Positions 25,765 to 37,671 of a stretch of 64,000 nt of DNA are shown piece after piece. Numbering within the stretch: the stretch's first letter is position 1; the number at the start of each line of letters is the position of its first letter. The stretch is from Vicugna vicugna (taxonomy: Eukaryota), in NCBI GenBank assembly GCA_013265495.1, contig MU058714.1:372001-436000 (forward strand), given 5' to 3'. The notes under the pieces were generated by a model, which was given only the letters and a program-made list of their open reading frames with translations, was not told where the DNA came from and did not search any database. Position numbers and translations under genes: made by a program.

Positions 25765-27168
25765 CTACACTGTCACGTACTCCTTGAACGTGACGGTGAG
25801 GCAGTTCGCGGTGACGTCGGTGATAATTATATTCCCAAAGAAGGGCTTGAACTCGCTCAGAGGCTCCTCGGGCTCGTCCTGGGCCTCGGCCGGAGGCTTC
25901 TCGGCCGCTGTCGCCGGCGCAGCTGCCACTCCCGTGGTCGCAGGCGCCTCGGGCTTCACATGGAGGGCGCTGGGCGGCTCCCCGGCCTCGCCGCGCGTCT
26001 TGACGCAGCGCAAGTCTATGGGCTCATCCAGGTCCGAGTCCAGCAGGATGACCTCCGGCTGCGGGAGGGCGGCAGAGAGGGGCACGTCAGCGGGGCGCTC
26101 GGCAGCCGGGCTGCCCCCCAGGCAGGTGGGGGTACTGATGCTGCGCGCCGTCAGGCGCTTCTTGCAGGGCTCTCGCTCGCTGTGGGTCTCCGAGAGGCAG
26201 CGCTTGCGCGCGTGGGAGAGATTTAGGTCGACAGCGTGGTGGTGGTGATGGTGGTGGTGGTGGTGGTGGTGAGAGGGCGGGTGTGTGCTGCGGGCGGGGT
26301 CCCAAGCCAGCAGGTCAGGCTTGGTGGTGAGCTGCAGGGGCTGCTCGCTGAAAGCATCCTTGGTAGGGGAGAGCTTTCGGGAGCCGGCCTCCTGGGGCTG
26401 CGGGTCAACGGCCCGGGGCACCTCCTCCTCCCTCCTCTTGGAGGGCGCTTCTGCTTTCTTTTCCTCAGCCCCTGCAGCCTTTTTGAAAGTCCTGTCGGCC
26501 GGGGGGTGACGCTCCTCAGCAGCTCGTTTCTTGTGGCTGGGGGAGCGCGCCTCGCCCTCGGCCGGCTCACCGGACTTGATCTTCACCGCCTGCATGCCGT
26601 TCTCCATGTACTTGCTCATCACGATCACGATGCGCCCGTTCTTGTTCTTGTTTTTGACGATCTTCATTTTACCCCCAATCCCGTTGCCCGTCACCGCCTC
26701 CTTGGGGGCGGGCGTCATCCCGTTGGGGGGACCCTTCTCAGAACCCTTGCCTGGAGCCCCGGCCGCACCGGCCAGGGGCTTCACAGCTCCCAGGTAGCCC
26801 TTGGCCCCCCCGCCGTGGGCCCACTTATCGGGTGGGTGGCTTTTGGCGCCTAGGTCCGGGCAGGTGGGGCTGGGTGCCTCCTTGTGGCCGCCCTGGTACT
26901 GCAGGTCATACATTTTGGGGTCTGGCTGGTAGGGGTGGTGCTTTTTGCTGTTGAGCTGGTAGTAGTATTTGCCGCTCTTGCCGGGCGGTGGGGGCTTGCC
27001 CGCCCGCTCCTTGCTGTGCGGCTGGTACTGGTGGTGCTTCTTGCTGTTGAGCTCATACTGGTGCCCTTGGCCCTTGCCCTGACCACCCAGCTCCAGCTTG
27101 GCACGGTTGTCAGCCGAGGAGTCCTGGAGTCCAGTCAGCACATTGGAACGACGGGCAAAGGTAGGTAC
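25765..27168 (-). CDS. CBX4: CBX4 coding exon 5 (467 aa + TAG): SIM1 IVIVM, 12xHis tract, SIM2 VILLD, CtBP-binding PIDLR, SUMO consensus VKPE, C-terminal Pc/C-box
   Basis: Part of ORF 25765..27231, entered at acceptor ccccag|GTACCT. Ends FFGNIIITDVTANCLTVTFKEYVTV*. Full spliced protein 549 aa. Confidence 0.98.
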   Translation of the reverse strand, partial: VPTFARRSNVLTGLQDSSADNRAKLELGGQGKGQGHQYELNSKKHHQYQPHSKERAGKPPPPGKSGKYYYQLNSKKHHPYQPDPKMYDLQYQGGHKEAPSPTCPDLGAKSHPPDKWAHGGGAKGYLGAVKPLAGAAGAPGKGSEKGPPNGMTPAPKEAVTGNGIGGKMKIVKNKNKNGRIVIVMSKYMENGMQAVKIKSGEPAEGEARSPSHKKRAAEERHPPADRTFKKAAGAEEKKAEAPSKRREEEVPRAVDPQPQEAGSRKLSPTKDAFSEQPLQLTTKPDLLAWDPARSTHPPSHHHHHHHHHHHHAVDLNLSHARKRCLSETHSEREPCKKRLTARSISTPTCLGGSPAAERPADVPLSAALPQPEVILLDSDLDEPIDLRCVKTRGEAGEPPSALHVKPEAPATTGVAAAPATAAEKPPAEAQDEPEEPLSEFKPFFGNIIITDVTANCLTVTFKEYVTV

Positions 27169-27437
27169 CTGGGGGAACGGGGTGGGACGCAGGGGGGAGT
27201 GAGAGGAGGGGTAAGGCCAGCCCCAGAGCAAGTCTCGAGCATCAGGAGTGTCCCAGCCCTCACCAGGTCGCCAGCTGAGTTATGGGGAGGGGGCGGGGCA
27301 GGGCATGGGAGGTCGATGAAAGGAAGTGGAATTGGGTGTGTTCTGGAGGAACCCCCCACCCCCGCCTTCTGGACCTGGTGGGAGTTCAGGTGGCACTGTC
27401 AAGGGAAAGACTTGCCAGGGCCAGCGAGTGTATTCAC

Positions 27438-27504
27438 CTGCACCACCAGCGGTTTGGGCTTCGGCCCTCTCTTCCGATATCCCATCAGCTGTTCCTGCCG
27501 TTCC
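27438..27504 (-). CDS. CBX4: CBX4 coding exon 4 (R-ERQEQLMGYRKRGPKPKPLVVQ), includes the AT-hook-like motif RKRGPKPK
   Basis: cccgcag| acceptor, |gtgaat donor. 67 nt, restores frame (cumulative 246 nt = 82 aa). Confidence 0.96.
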
Positions 27505-29602
27505 CTGCGGGGAGGGAACAGAGGGCAGCGCTTTTAGCCTCAGGGTCACCTCCTCTCTCGCTATGCCCCAACCTGTGGTGACACTCCCCCTTCGGTGAAG
27601 CACAACCCGGAGGAATCAAGAGCTCAGGGCAGAAGGTCGCCTCTGCTGCCAGCTGGGCACCTCGGTCCAGTCCTAGAGTCCTGCTTTATGCCAGCACCAA
27701 ACCTTATCTGCCCAAAGGGTCTTCTCCAAAGGGCTCCTCCCCTCGGATGTCTGCACCTGAACTGGCGCTCCCCACAACCCTGCCTCTGCCTGCAGCCTGG
27801 GGCTGGGTCGCTGGCACTGGTACCCACACCCTTGGGCCCGAGGCCCTGCACAGAAGGGGTTCAGGGGTTGCAAGCAAGTCCAAAAGAGGTGTGTGTGGAC
27901 CCGGTGCCTCCCCGTCAGAGGCAAGGGATGCTAATGACCTCATTAAGATTCAGATAACGAGTGCCGCCGGCAGAAGGGAGGACTCGTTTTCTTAAAGGCC
28001 AGTCTCTAAACAGGGGGAGGGGCTGCGCCCTTGTTTACACAGCGGCAAATGAGCCAATTAGGGGCTGGGGGCGGGGGCCAGACTCCAAGGCCGGGCCTGG
28101 CCAGGTTCGCAGCCACCTGGTGAACCGGCTCCGGCGCAGCCGGGGCGGAGCCGCTGGCTGGGGCGGGGCAAGGCGTGGGCGCGGGGGGCGCAGAAGCACC
28201 ATCTCTTGTTTGAATGGGGGCTCCCGGACTCCTCCATTTCCAAATTATTAATAAAGCCCACGGGCAGTGGCACCGGTCAACACGGTTGCCAGGCTTTCCC
28301 CTGCGGCCTGGTGGAAGGTGACCTGAGGCTGGAGAAAGGATGGTCCCAGCACTGTCCAGCCCTCCGTGGGAGATGGGAGTGCCTTTCCAGCGTTGGCCAA
28401 AGTTGCAGCCCATTCCCGGGCCAGAAACCCGCTCTCCAGCGACCCCAGGCATCCCCCCTGGACCCTGGGGAACCAGGCCAGGGCCTGACTCTGAAGTTGC
28501 ATGGCATTGCAACAGCCCGCGTTTTAATTCTTCAGGGACCCATTATGCAACATGGCATCAGCCGCTGACATGGTTACAGGGTGGGGAACTCCCAGGTGGA
28601 ACCAGGGCAGGATCCCTTTCGGCGCCCCCCTGCGTCGCGGGAGAGCAACTTCCTTACTGGTCGCTCGCTCCAAGGGTCTAGGGTTTACAGTTTTAGCGCC
28701 AAACGCGCCACAGGAAATAATGCAAAATAAAAGGGGGAGGGAGGATGGAAGGCAGCGGGGTGGCCGAGCTCTGCGGGCTCCTGCCGCTCCTCCCCTCCTC
28801 GCTCGCCCTTCCCCCTTCTCCCCGAAACAGAGAACCACAGCCACCGGCGGAGTATCCAGCTGCAGCAGCTGCAGCGTGACAAGCATCTGTGCACACGAGG
28901 ATGAGCCCCTCGTCAGAAGCCACCCCTCAACCATCAGGCAGCGCCCATCTCACGCCCTTTGGGCCAAGCTTCCCCTGCCCTGAGGATGGGAGCCAGACCC
29001 ACCAAGTAGCCTAGCGGGAGGTGTGAAGGGCAAGAAGCGCCAGACAGAATCTGCCCCCAGCCAATCCCAAACTCCCTGGGGGTGAGGGTGGTGGCTTAAG
29101 GCCTCGTCAACTTTTCTCCAGTCCCCAACAGGTTAAGTTCAGTTCCGTGACGTCCGGCGGTTTCACAATGCCAGCTCCCTCGGAGCTGCCCCGAGAGTTG
29201 CCCGTGCCAAGTGGTCAGTGGCTGCAGGAAAGCAACACCTAGGCTTGGAGGTGGGGCTCCAAAGTAGCGACGGGAGGGGACCCCGCAGGGAACCAGGCGC
29301 AGTCCCGACTTCTCCGCGCAGCTGTGGGGCCACTCACACGCACTCTTCCCGCAGTTCCCCCCAAACACAAGCCTCTCCTACTCCGGCCCTGCCCCGCCCC
29401 CACACCCAGGCTGCAGCAACCGCCAAGGACGTTGGTTAGAGGAGCCGAGGCCTCAGCCGTGCCCGTTCAGGCCCGTCGGGGGGAGGGGACTCCCGCGGGC
29501 CCCCTCCCGGCCCTCTCCCCCTTTCCTCTTGCAGCGTTGGCCCACTCTCCCATTCCCATATACGGTCACGGCTGCGGGTGGCGGCTGCTTGGGGGACGCT
29601 CA

Positions 29603-29779
<177 letters not shown>

Positions 29780-30803
29780 CTATTTAGCTGTGGATGTTGG
29801 GGGGGCGGTGAGGGTAAATTTCTGCAGGCCTGACACAGTCCCTGATACACCCTCCCCAAGTCAAAATAAACACACAAGAGCAGGAAGAAAGGGGAGGGGT
29901 AAGGAAAATGAAACTAGCAGTTTATTTTGCAGTTGTCAAGAATTTTAAGCATGTTACTGCGACATGTTCCAAAGCCACTTTGCTCACCAGGAACCCTGCG
30001 TGCAAAGCAGCCTAAATGCAAAGTCTCAGTCCCCTCCTCCTCTCCCCAGCCCCGAGTCTCCGCGAGGGCTTCAGCCATTCTCCATTTGACCCCTAATCCG
30101 ATAACCGTCAGCCAAGCTGCCCCCCCACACCCCCTCGCGCCCTGGAGCCCGCTGTCACGGGCAAGCACCCCCAAATACTCAGCAACACAAAAATATGCCT
30201 CTCTCTCTCTGTGTGAGTGTGTGTGTGCGTGTGCCTGCGCGTCTGTCTCCATCCGGTGCCTTCGCATTTCAAATTAAAGAAAAAAAAATCCCCCACCAAA
30301 AGCGCCGCAGTGACAGTTCCCAACATTTTCAGCCTTTTTTCTTCCTCTCCCTGCACCGCTAGGAGGGAAGAGGCACACAATTGCATTTTCGTCGCTTTCT
30401 AATTTTTTTTTTTTTTGGTTTTGCAATATGGAGCCGTTCGGTGGAGGGAAAGGGGAAAGGAGCCATTTTCTGCTGCACATCAGTCAGTGCCTGCGCCCTC
30501 CCTCCCTCCGCCGGCCTCCCCGGCTCGGCCCCGCGTCTCTCCAGCTCCTCCGGCTCCTTTTAGTGCATAAATTAGTGATGGCATTTCCCGGAGAGCGGAG
30601 CACAACACAGGGCGCCGGGCTCGGGCTCGGCGGCTCGGCTTCCCCAGTGCCTGCCACCGACTTCCCCACCCCCTCCTCCCTCCACCCCACCTCCACCCCG
30701 CCTCCCGTCCGCTCCCCCCACCACCCCACCAGCCCGGCGGGTCCGGAGCCCGGGAGCCCCAAGCCTCGGCACCAGGCTCCCCCGCCCCTCGGCCGCTACT
30801 TAC

Positions 30804-30847
30804 TTGGGGGACCAGCCTCTCCATTTCACCAGATACTCCACTCTGCC
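30804..30847 (-). CDS. CBX4: CBX4 coding exon 2 (GRVEYLVKWRGWSP), chromodomain core
   Basis: cag| acceptor at 30848 and |gtaagt donor at 30803. 44 nt. Chromodomain motif YLVKWRGW. Confidence 0.97.
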
Positions 30848-30993
30848 CTGAGGGGGGAAGAGACAGCACTCCATCAGCTTCCGCGGGATCCCCGGCTCCG
30901 GCCCGCAGCCTCCCCACCCCCTCTCCGCCTCCTCGCGGGCTGCTCCGGCTGCCGCTCCCCCGCCGCCTCGCCGTCGCCCCCGCGCCTCCCTAC

Positions 30994-31062
30994 CTTGCGG
31001 ATCCGCTTCTTCTCGATGCTCTCCACTGCGAAGACGTGCTCGCCAACAGCTGGCAGCTCCAT
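30994..31062 (-). CDS. CBX4: CBX4 coding exon 1 (MELPAVGEHVFAVESIEKKRIRK), start of chromodomain
   Basis: ATG at 31062 in strong Kozak context (gccATGG). 69 nt = 23 codons matching the CBX4 N-terminus. GT donor at 30993. Confidence 0.97.
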
Positions 31063-31176
31063 GGCCGAGCCGGAGCGCGCCGGGGCGCGGACGGCCGGCG
31101 CGGCTGCAGACGCTGCTAGCTCCCTCCGGCGCCCCGCTGCCGCCCCGGCCGAGGCGCCCCCGCTGCCCGCGCCGCC

Positions 31177-31361
31177 NNNNNNNNNNNNNNNNNNNNNNNN
31201 NNNNNNNNNNNNNNNNNNNNNNNNNNNNNNNNNNNNNNNNNNNNNNNNNNNNNNNNNNNNNNNNNNNNNNNNNNNNNNNNNNNNNNNNNNNNNNNNNNNN
31301 NNNNNNNNNNNNNNNNNNNNNNNNNNNNNNNNNNNNNNNNNNNNNNNNNNNNNNNNNNNNN
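31177..31361. other. Assembly gap (185 N) in the CBX4 5'UTR/promoter
   Basis: Run of N in extremely GC-rich context. Confidence 0.99.
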
Positions 31362-34300
31362 GTGGGGGGAGAGGAGGAAGGGCGCGGGAGGGGGCCCGGA
31401 GGAGGAGGGCGCCGGGGAGGTGCGGGGGGAGGGATCCGCGAGCCTGGGAGAAGGACGCTGGAGGGAGGGAGCGGGACCGGGCCGGAGAGGTGTGTCGGCC
31501 GCCGAGGGCGGAGGGGGGAGTGGAGAACTTGACAGGGCCGCAAGGGTCTGGCAGCGACCCCTCGCCTGCGGCCCAGCGCCTCGGCCTGCCCCCTCGCCTC
31601 TCAGTCTCTGCGTGCACTGCCCAGGGACCCCTGCCGGGGGCCACGGAAGCATCCACTGCAGTTTCCATTTGCACCGAATTGCGTCCTGTGCAGACGCCGG
31701 GGGAACGGCCGGCAGGGGGCGGAATCGGGGCAGGGGCAGGTCGCACCCCGACCTTCTGTGTCCCGCCGCCCTGCCCCGCCCCACGAGGCTTGGGGCATTT
31801 ACGAAGGCGAGGAATGGAAGAGAAAGGGCAGGGAGAAGAGAGAGGACTAGGTGCAAAGGATCCCCAGGGTGAGCGCGGAGAGGAGAAAGCGGGCAGACGA
31901 CCAGCCAGCCTGGGGCCCAAGCATTCAAGAACCTTACCAGAGGATTCTCCGACCCCACCCCGATCCTGATAGGCTCCTAATTTACCCTTAGCCCTCTCCT
32001 TGGCGGGGCGAGGGCTGGATGTCGTTTCCAGCAGCACCTCCCAACCCCCACCCTGAAGCCAAGCAGGGCGAGAGGCAGGGAGGACAGAGAGGAGGCGAAG
32101 GGGATGTCCAGTCAGCGTGGGGGCCCGAAGGGACTTAGTAGGGTCCCAGAAGGGGCTTCGAAAGAGGGAATGGGAATGGCCAAGAAGAGGCTGAAGCGGA
32201 GCAGGGCACAGCGGGGCCGCACGAAGGGGAGGTGAAAGGAATGGCTTAGGAGCCAACCATTCGTCATGAATTCGCGCTCCCTGGTCCCCGACAGGCAGCC
32301 GCGGCCCAGCCGAGGCCCTCCCTACGCGGCCGGAGAAGCCGCCGAGTGTGAAGTTTAGCACCTCCGGCGGCGAGACGGCGCGTTCCAGCGTGCAGCTCTA
32401 GCGTCCGGCTGGGGGAGCTGCTGCGCCCCACGCGGCCTCCCGAGGGCGCCGCCCGCGGGGCCGCGAGCTCTGTGGAGTCGGAATGAGGAGTGAGGGGACC
32501 TGGGGAGGGGGTAGGGAGACCCGAGTGGCAGGGGCAGGGGTGAGCCTCTATGGGGGTGTGTCCGGGCCCCCAGCTCGGGGCCCTTGAAGGACTGGGAGCA
32601 GGAAGCTTGCGCAATCCTTTGGCTGAGCGTCCATGGAGAAAAGAAAGGAGCAAAAGTCGAGCGAGAGTGGAAAGAGCGAGAGGGGCGGGCAAAGAGCCAT
32701 CCGGGTCTCCGCTCCCGCCCGGACACACGTCCCGGAATGCTGGGTGGGGACTGCGCGGGGACTCGAGGGAGCGGGGGAGGGGCGAGGTGCGGAAGCGAAC
32801 CCCCAAAGCATGCGCCGGGCTCATTTTCTCCTAGGAATCCTGGGGAAGCCTGGAGACGGTCTGGTGTTTAAAGGACGCATACGTTGACTACCATTTCACC
32901 ACTGCCTCGCAGCTCCCGCGGCTCGGTGGCTCCTGCTGCCCAGGCGGCTGCTACCCAAGACAGCCCGCGTGGCTCCTCCACTGGTGGGGTTCTTAGGGGT
33001 GGGGGTTGTCTTCTGGCAGCCCCAGAGAGGGTCTCGGTCTGCAGCGACTGCCCTCTGACAAGCTTGAGGCACAAACCCAAGATTCCTCCGAGAAGGGGTG
33101 GGGGGGGGGGGGGGCGTGGTGGGCAGGTTTACCAGCCTGGGTTGGGGTAACCAATGTCTGTTGTCCTGGGGGACGGGGGCTGTCTGAGTTTATAGAACTC
33201 GAGGGAGGAGAATTCTTTGGGAAGGGGACACAGGAAAAAGTTTTCCTTCTCCTGCTGTATTTTGGGCTTTTTCCTGACACTCGTGTCCAGAACTAGGAGT
33301 TCTCAGATGGGACAAGCCGAACGTAGAAGGGGAAAGGTCCCTGAGGCTGGCGGGTGGGGGGGGAGCTCTGTCAGCGCGACTGTCACTTTTCCATGCTGAT
33401 CCTGTCAACTGCCAGGCCGTGGACTCTGTCAGTCTGTCGCGAGGTCTGCAGCGACCTTGTCCTGGACATCCCCTTCGTCCAGGGAGGGTCTGAGCTTCCC
33501 GACAACTCTGCCTGCCCCCTCGCTAGAAAATCCCCCGGAAAATCTGTTTCCAATGGGTGTTTCCGAGGCGTCCCGGACTAGGGGCGCCGAGCGGCTGCTA
33601 CAGCCTCCGCGCCGCCAGGGGCGTCGGACTCTGCAGGCCATGGCTCCTCTGGCTCCAACCGCGCCCCTATGGGGCCCGCGCTCCGGATCTCAGGGGCCAC
33701 GCGGTGGCACCTGGTGCCCCGACGGCGAGCTTGCGCAGAAGCCGGGCTGGGCCTGATGCCAAGCTGGGGAGGAATGGTGGCTCCCGCCGGCCAATACAGC
33801 GGGTATTTTCTGAAGCGGCCGGTGTGGCCGTGAGAGCAAGCGCTGGCTCCCCAAGACTGCAGGAGGGGACGCCCCCAAGCTCCTCAGAAGCCGCGGGAGT
33901 CCCCGGCCGCCCCCGCTCCCAGCCTTTCTATGGAAAGTGGCTCAAATACACAAGTACCCCCCGCCAAACGCGGAGACTCGCGTTGTTACTTATTTTGTCC
34001 TGGTGGAGGTTGGGCCGATAGGGAGAGAGGCCAGTTCCCAGGACCCTAGCCTCACTTCGCGGCTGGCCCTAGACCACTCTTCACTTTCAAGCGGGTGTAG
34101 GGAGTAGCTCAGGTCCATGGGACGGTGAATGGGCTGCAAGGAGGAGGCAGAGACAGAATCTGAGGGGTGGGGAACAATGAGCGCCCTGGAAGCTCCCCTG
34201 ATGCGCCCAGCGCGCGCCCCTCCTGGGAAGTCTCCCATGGGGCCTCCCCTACCGCCCCACCCCCTGTCTTGGTCCCTCCTAGGGAGCTGCAGGCGAGTGG

Positions 34301-35199
34301 AGCTCTAAATTCGGGATTCCCAGAGCCTTCAGCTGGGGCCCCTGCCTCCGACCTGGGATATCCCGACTCCCAAGGGAAACTCGGGAGAGGGGTCGCCCGT
34401 CTGCGCATTTGACGCTGCCCCCTCCCAGCCAAGGGCAGATTATGCCCTTAGGTTCTGCTGAGGGGCCAATCCTTCTCGGTGCCACCTCAGCCTGGGGCCC
34501 CTAGGGGCCCTCAAGGGCCCCAAGAGAGGAGCGATGCTCTCTCACCGAGCCAAAGGCTCCTGCTGAGAGGGGAAAGGGCCAAAAGAACGGACCCTGGAGA
34601 AGCCAGGAACTTTTTAACGTCCCTGGACCCGAGGCTGGTCACTGACAGTCCGTGTCCCCAAGGGGCCTGACCCGCACTAACCTGGGGAAACAAACGACTT
34701 CTTAAAGAAACTCTCTCCCTGAATGAATGCTGCCTGCCAGGAGATGCCACTGCCCGCCCACGGAGCCCAGGTCTGGGTTCTGCCGGGAAGGGGCCGACTG
34801 TGACCTCCCCGGGCTAGTCCCTGACTAAGAAAGCTCTCGAGTAGTGTGGCATTTTAGTCCCCCAGAGGTGGATTTTAAGTGGCTGAGGGAGCATTTACTA
34901 TCAACCACTACAAAATCTGCCCAAGCTTTAACAAGAGCTCACTTCTCTCCTCTGTTCTTAGTATGGGAACTTGTCTTCCACTTAAGCTCTGGCATATGTA
35001 ATTTTGCATTTTAGCGCTGGCTTTAGGGAAGCTCACCTGGTGGGACTGTGGGGGAGGGGGAGAGATTGGGGGGCAGTAAAGGGGGTTGGCTATGTGGGAG
35101 CCCCGAATGCCACCCCATGCACCTCTGATGGCTTTGTCCCTAAGGGTGCCTCTCTGCCTTCTGTGTCCCCACCCCCATGTTTCTGCTCTTTGTTACACC

Positions 35200-37100
35200 G
35201 CCCGTGAAGGGTCGGCTTTCATTTGGGTGGCGAAGCCCCTGACACGCCGCGTGCCTTTGCAGAGGGCCGCTTGGGGCTGATGGGGTTCCAGGTGAGAGGG
35301 CTGGGCCGGGTGCGCGGGCGGGAACCGGTCCGGCGCGTCGCAAGGCCGTGGCCCCTTGGCAGATCCCAGGCAAGTCTCGGGGCCACACTGGCGCCCGCAG
35401 GGCCGCGCTTCTGCATTGCGGCACGCAGGGGTCGCAGGCGCGGAAGCGGGATGCGTTTTTTTCTACGACGTCGGCTGGTCCACCCCCTCCCAACGTCAGG
35501 GCAGCTTCCCAGGCTCGCCCGAAGCCTACCCGCCCCTGGCCCAGGCTCGGTCGCAGGGCTTCCGCAGGCCTGGAGGTATGCGCCCCCAGGATCCATATTT
35601 CAAATATGATCTTTGGTGTCGTTGCCACCGCCTGCCGCCGCCGCCGCGCACTCACAACGGCTTCTGCGTGCTGTGTGTTTTTCATCTGGGGTTCGTTTGC
35701 CCAAGGTCTCCCCGCGGGCCTCCTGTGCCTGTGAGGTGCGCCGTGCCACGTCTGCCCCTACATTTTGCTCTCGGGTGCTTCCCTTGCGCCCCTCCACCCC
35801 CCGAACCCGGCGGGGCCCACACACAGGGAAGCTTGCTTTCTTTCCTTTTTCCAACCAGGAGCTGCTGCAGCAAATCCGGGAATAAAATAAAAATCGCCAG
35901 GCGGACCCCGAAATGGTCGTCAGCCGACGCGCATCTGCCACCCCACCCTCCCCCCGACCCAATGCACGCCCCCCTCCCGGCCTCGCGGCGCGCCGAAGGC
36001 TAAGCGCGTGCCCGAGTGGGTAGTTGGCGACCGCGGAGGAGCGGGGGTTGGGGGGTGCCGAATGCCGCCAGCGGGGGAAGCTGGGCTCGCTCGCTCTCGT
36101 TCCCCACGTCGCCCCCGACTTCGCCCCAGCCAACCCTGGAGGGGCGAGGATCGGAAGGGCGCAGTGCGCCTCCGCCTCCGCGGCTGGCCCGTGCCGAGTC
36201 CGGCCTTGGCCCGGAACCGCGAGGACGCTGCTCGGAGGCCGCGTCCTGCGTAGACCGGGAGGGGGAGGGGGCGCTCGCTCCGGAGCCGCGGCCGCGCGTC
36301 GCCAGCCAGCCGATCGATCCCCAGGGGCGGGAGCACAGCGAGCTCCGCTGGACGCCTGGGGTGGGGGTGTCCCTGCAGGATGAAGGGAGAACGGAGGGGG
36401 TGCTCAGGGATCCAGCGACCGTGGGATGGCGGCCGGGAGGGCCCAGCCAGAGCACAGCTCGGCCTGTGCTGCGGGGCCCGGGGGATACGGGGGGTAATAA
36501 GGCCTCGGGCACCCCCCACATCCCATATTGTCTATGTCGGGGTGGCTTGGCCACTTCCGGAGCTGAGTCTGGCTGCCCTGAAACTTCGTCCCTCCCTGTT
36601 CAGGCCCGCATCACCGCCCAACCCCCACTCCCGATGACGAGGTCGTCGGATATGGTCACCTAGTCCATCCCCCTCGCCCCGCCCTCCTGAATCCTGATAG
36701 AAATGGGTGGGTGTCCCTTCGACCCCACCTCCGGAAAGATCCCCCGGTTTTGCCCAAAAAGTGCCCCTCCCTAGCTTCTTCCGGAGGACCGTTTCCTGGG
36801 ATGGTCCCTAAGGGCCCCCCCAAGGGACCCACTTGGGTTCCCCGGGGACCCTGGACCCCACCTCACCTGCGGGCTCCGAGTACCCGGGCGGGGCCGGGGC
36901 AGGGGCGCCGAGGAGCCTGCACTCGCTACGCCCTCCCCTAGGGGGCGGGCTCCCCTAGGGCTGGCCGGCCTCTGGGCCCTGCTGGAGCGGGCCACCCTCC
37001 GCGCCTGCTGGATTGGGAAGGTGTGCACGTGGGGCAAAATGGGGGTCTCGCTGCAGTGGGGGGTGAGCAGAGGAGCCCGGCGCCCTGCCTCTGGCACAAC
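35200..37100. promoter_or_regulatory. CpG island 4-6 kb upstream of CBX4
   Basis: CpG-dense, with a (GCC)n run near 35635. Confidence 0.65.
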
Positions 37101-37671
37101 ACCACCCCTCCCCCTCACTCTGCCTCCAAGGAGGCTGCAGCCTTTGCAGCCAGAAACAAACAGCCCCAGAGTTGACTGTGAACCTTAAGGGTCCCTGCAC
37201 ACTCAGGACTGAACACATCTCAGTGGCCAGGGCCATTGTTTCCCAAACCGGCCCCTTGCTCAGCCCCCTTTCACTCGCAGACAGAAGTCGACAAGAAAAG
37301 CATATATACATTTTTTTTTAATTTGAGGTTTTTAAAGGACATCTCAGGTCAAGAGCATCACAAAGCCCCTGTTCTGCTATCAAAGGGCCAATAAGAAGTA
37401 AACTGATGTTACAGTGCCAGATTTCTCCAGAGAGCCAGCTGGCTTCATGGAGGAATTGGGAGTGGGAGATACAGGAACTCTCTTTCCTAAACTGAAGTTC
37501 ACTAAAAAAATTTGGCTTGGCTGACAAATTCTGCATCTTAAAAGTGCTCTGACACGTCCCTGTAAGGGTTACTCTCCTGGGTTGCTGATGCTGAGTGTAG
37601 CTGTATGAGTGTGGGATTGACGAGGGGCCTAAGTGGGTGCCCAGTGGCCAGCCAGTCCGTGTACTTATGGG

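Larger units (their letters stand above)
30450..33000. promoter_or_regulatory. CBX4 promoter CpG island (TSS probably in or near the N gap)
   Basis: Very high GC and CpG density around exons 1-2 and upstream, with GC boxes. Confidence 0.85.

Noticed and set aside
27169..27231. N-terminal 21 aa of the 488-aa ORF (MLWGWPYP...)
   Set aside because: This is intron 4 sequence. The real exon starts at the AG acceptor before 27168.
25493..27537. Long plus-strand ORFs (251, 205, 217 aa) antisense to CBX4 exon 5
   Set aside because: They are shadow ORFs from the GC3-rich codon usage of CBX4 and resemble no protein I recognise.
30428..32361. 513-aa and 495-aa ORFs across the CBX4 promoter
   Set aside because: They are stop-poor CpG-island sequence and read through the N gap. 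Only the exon 1 and exon 2 segments are coding.
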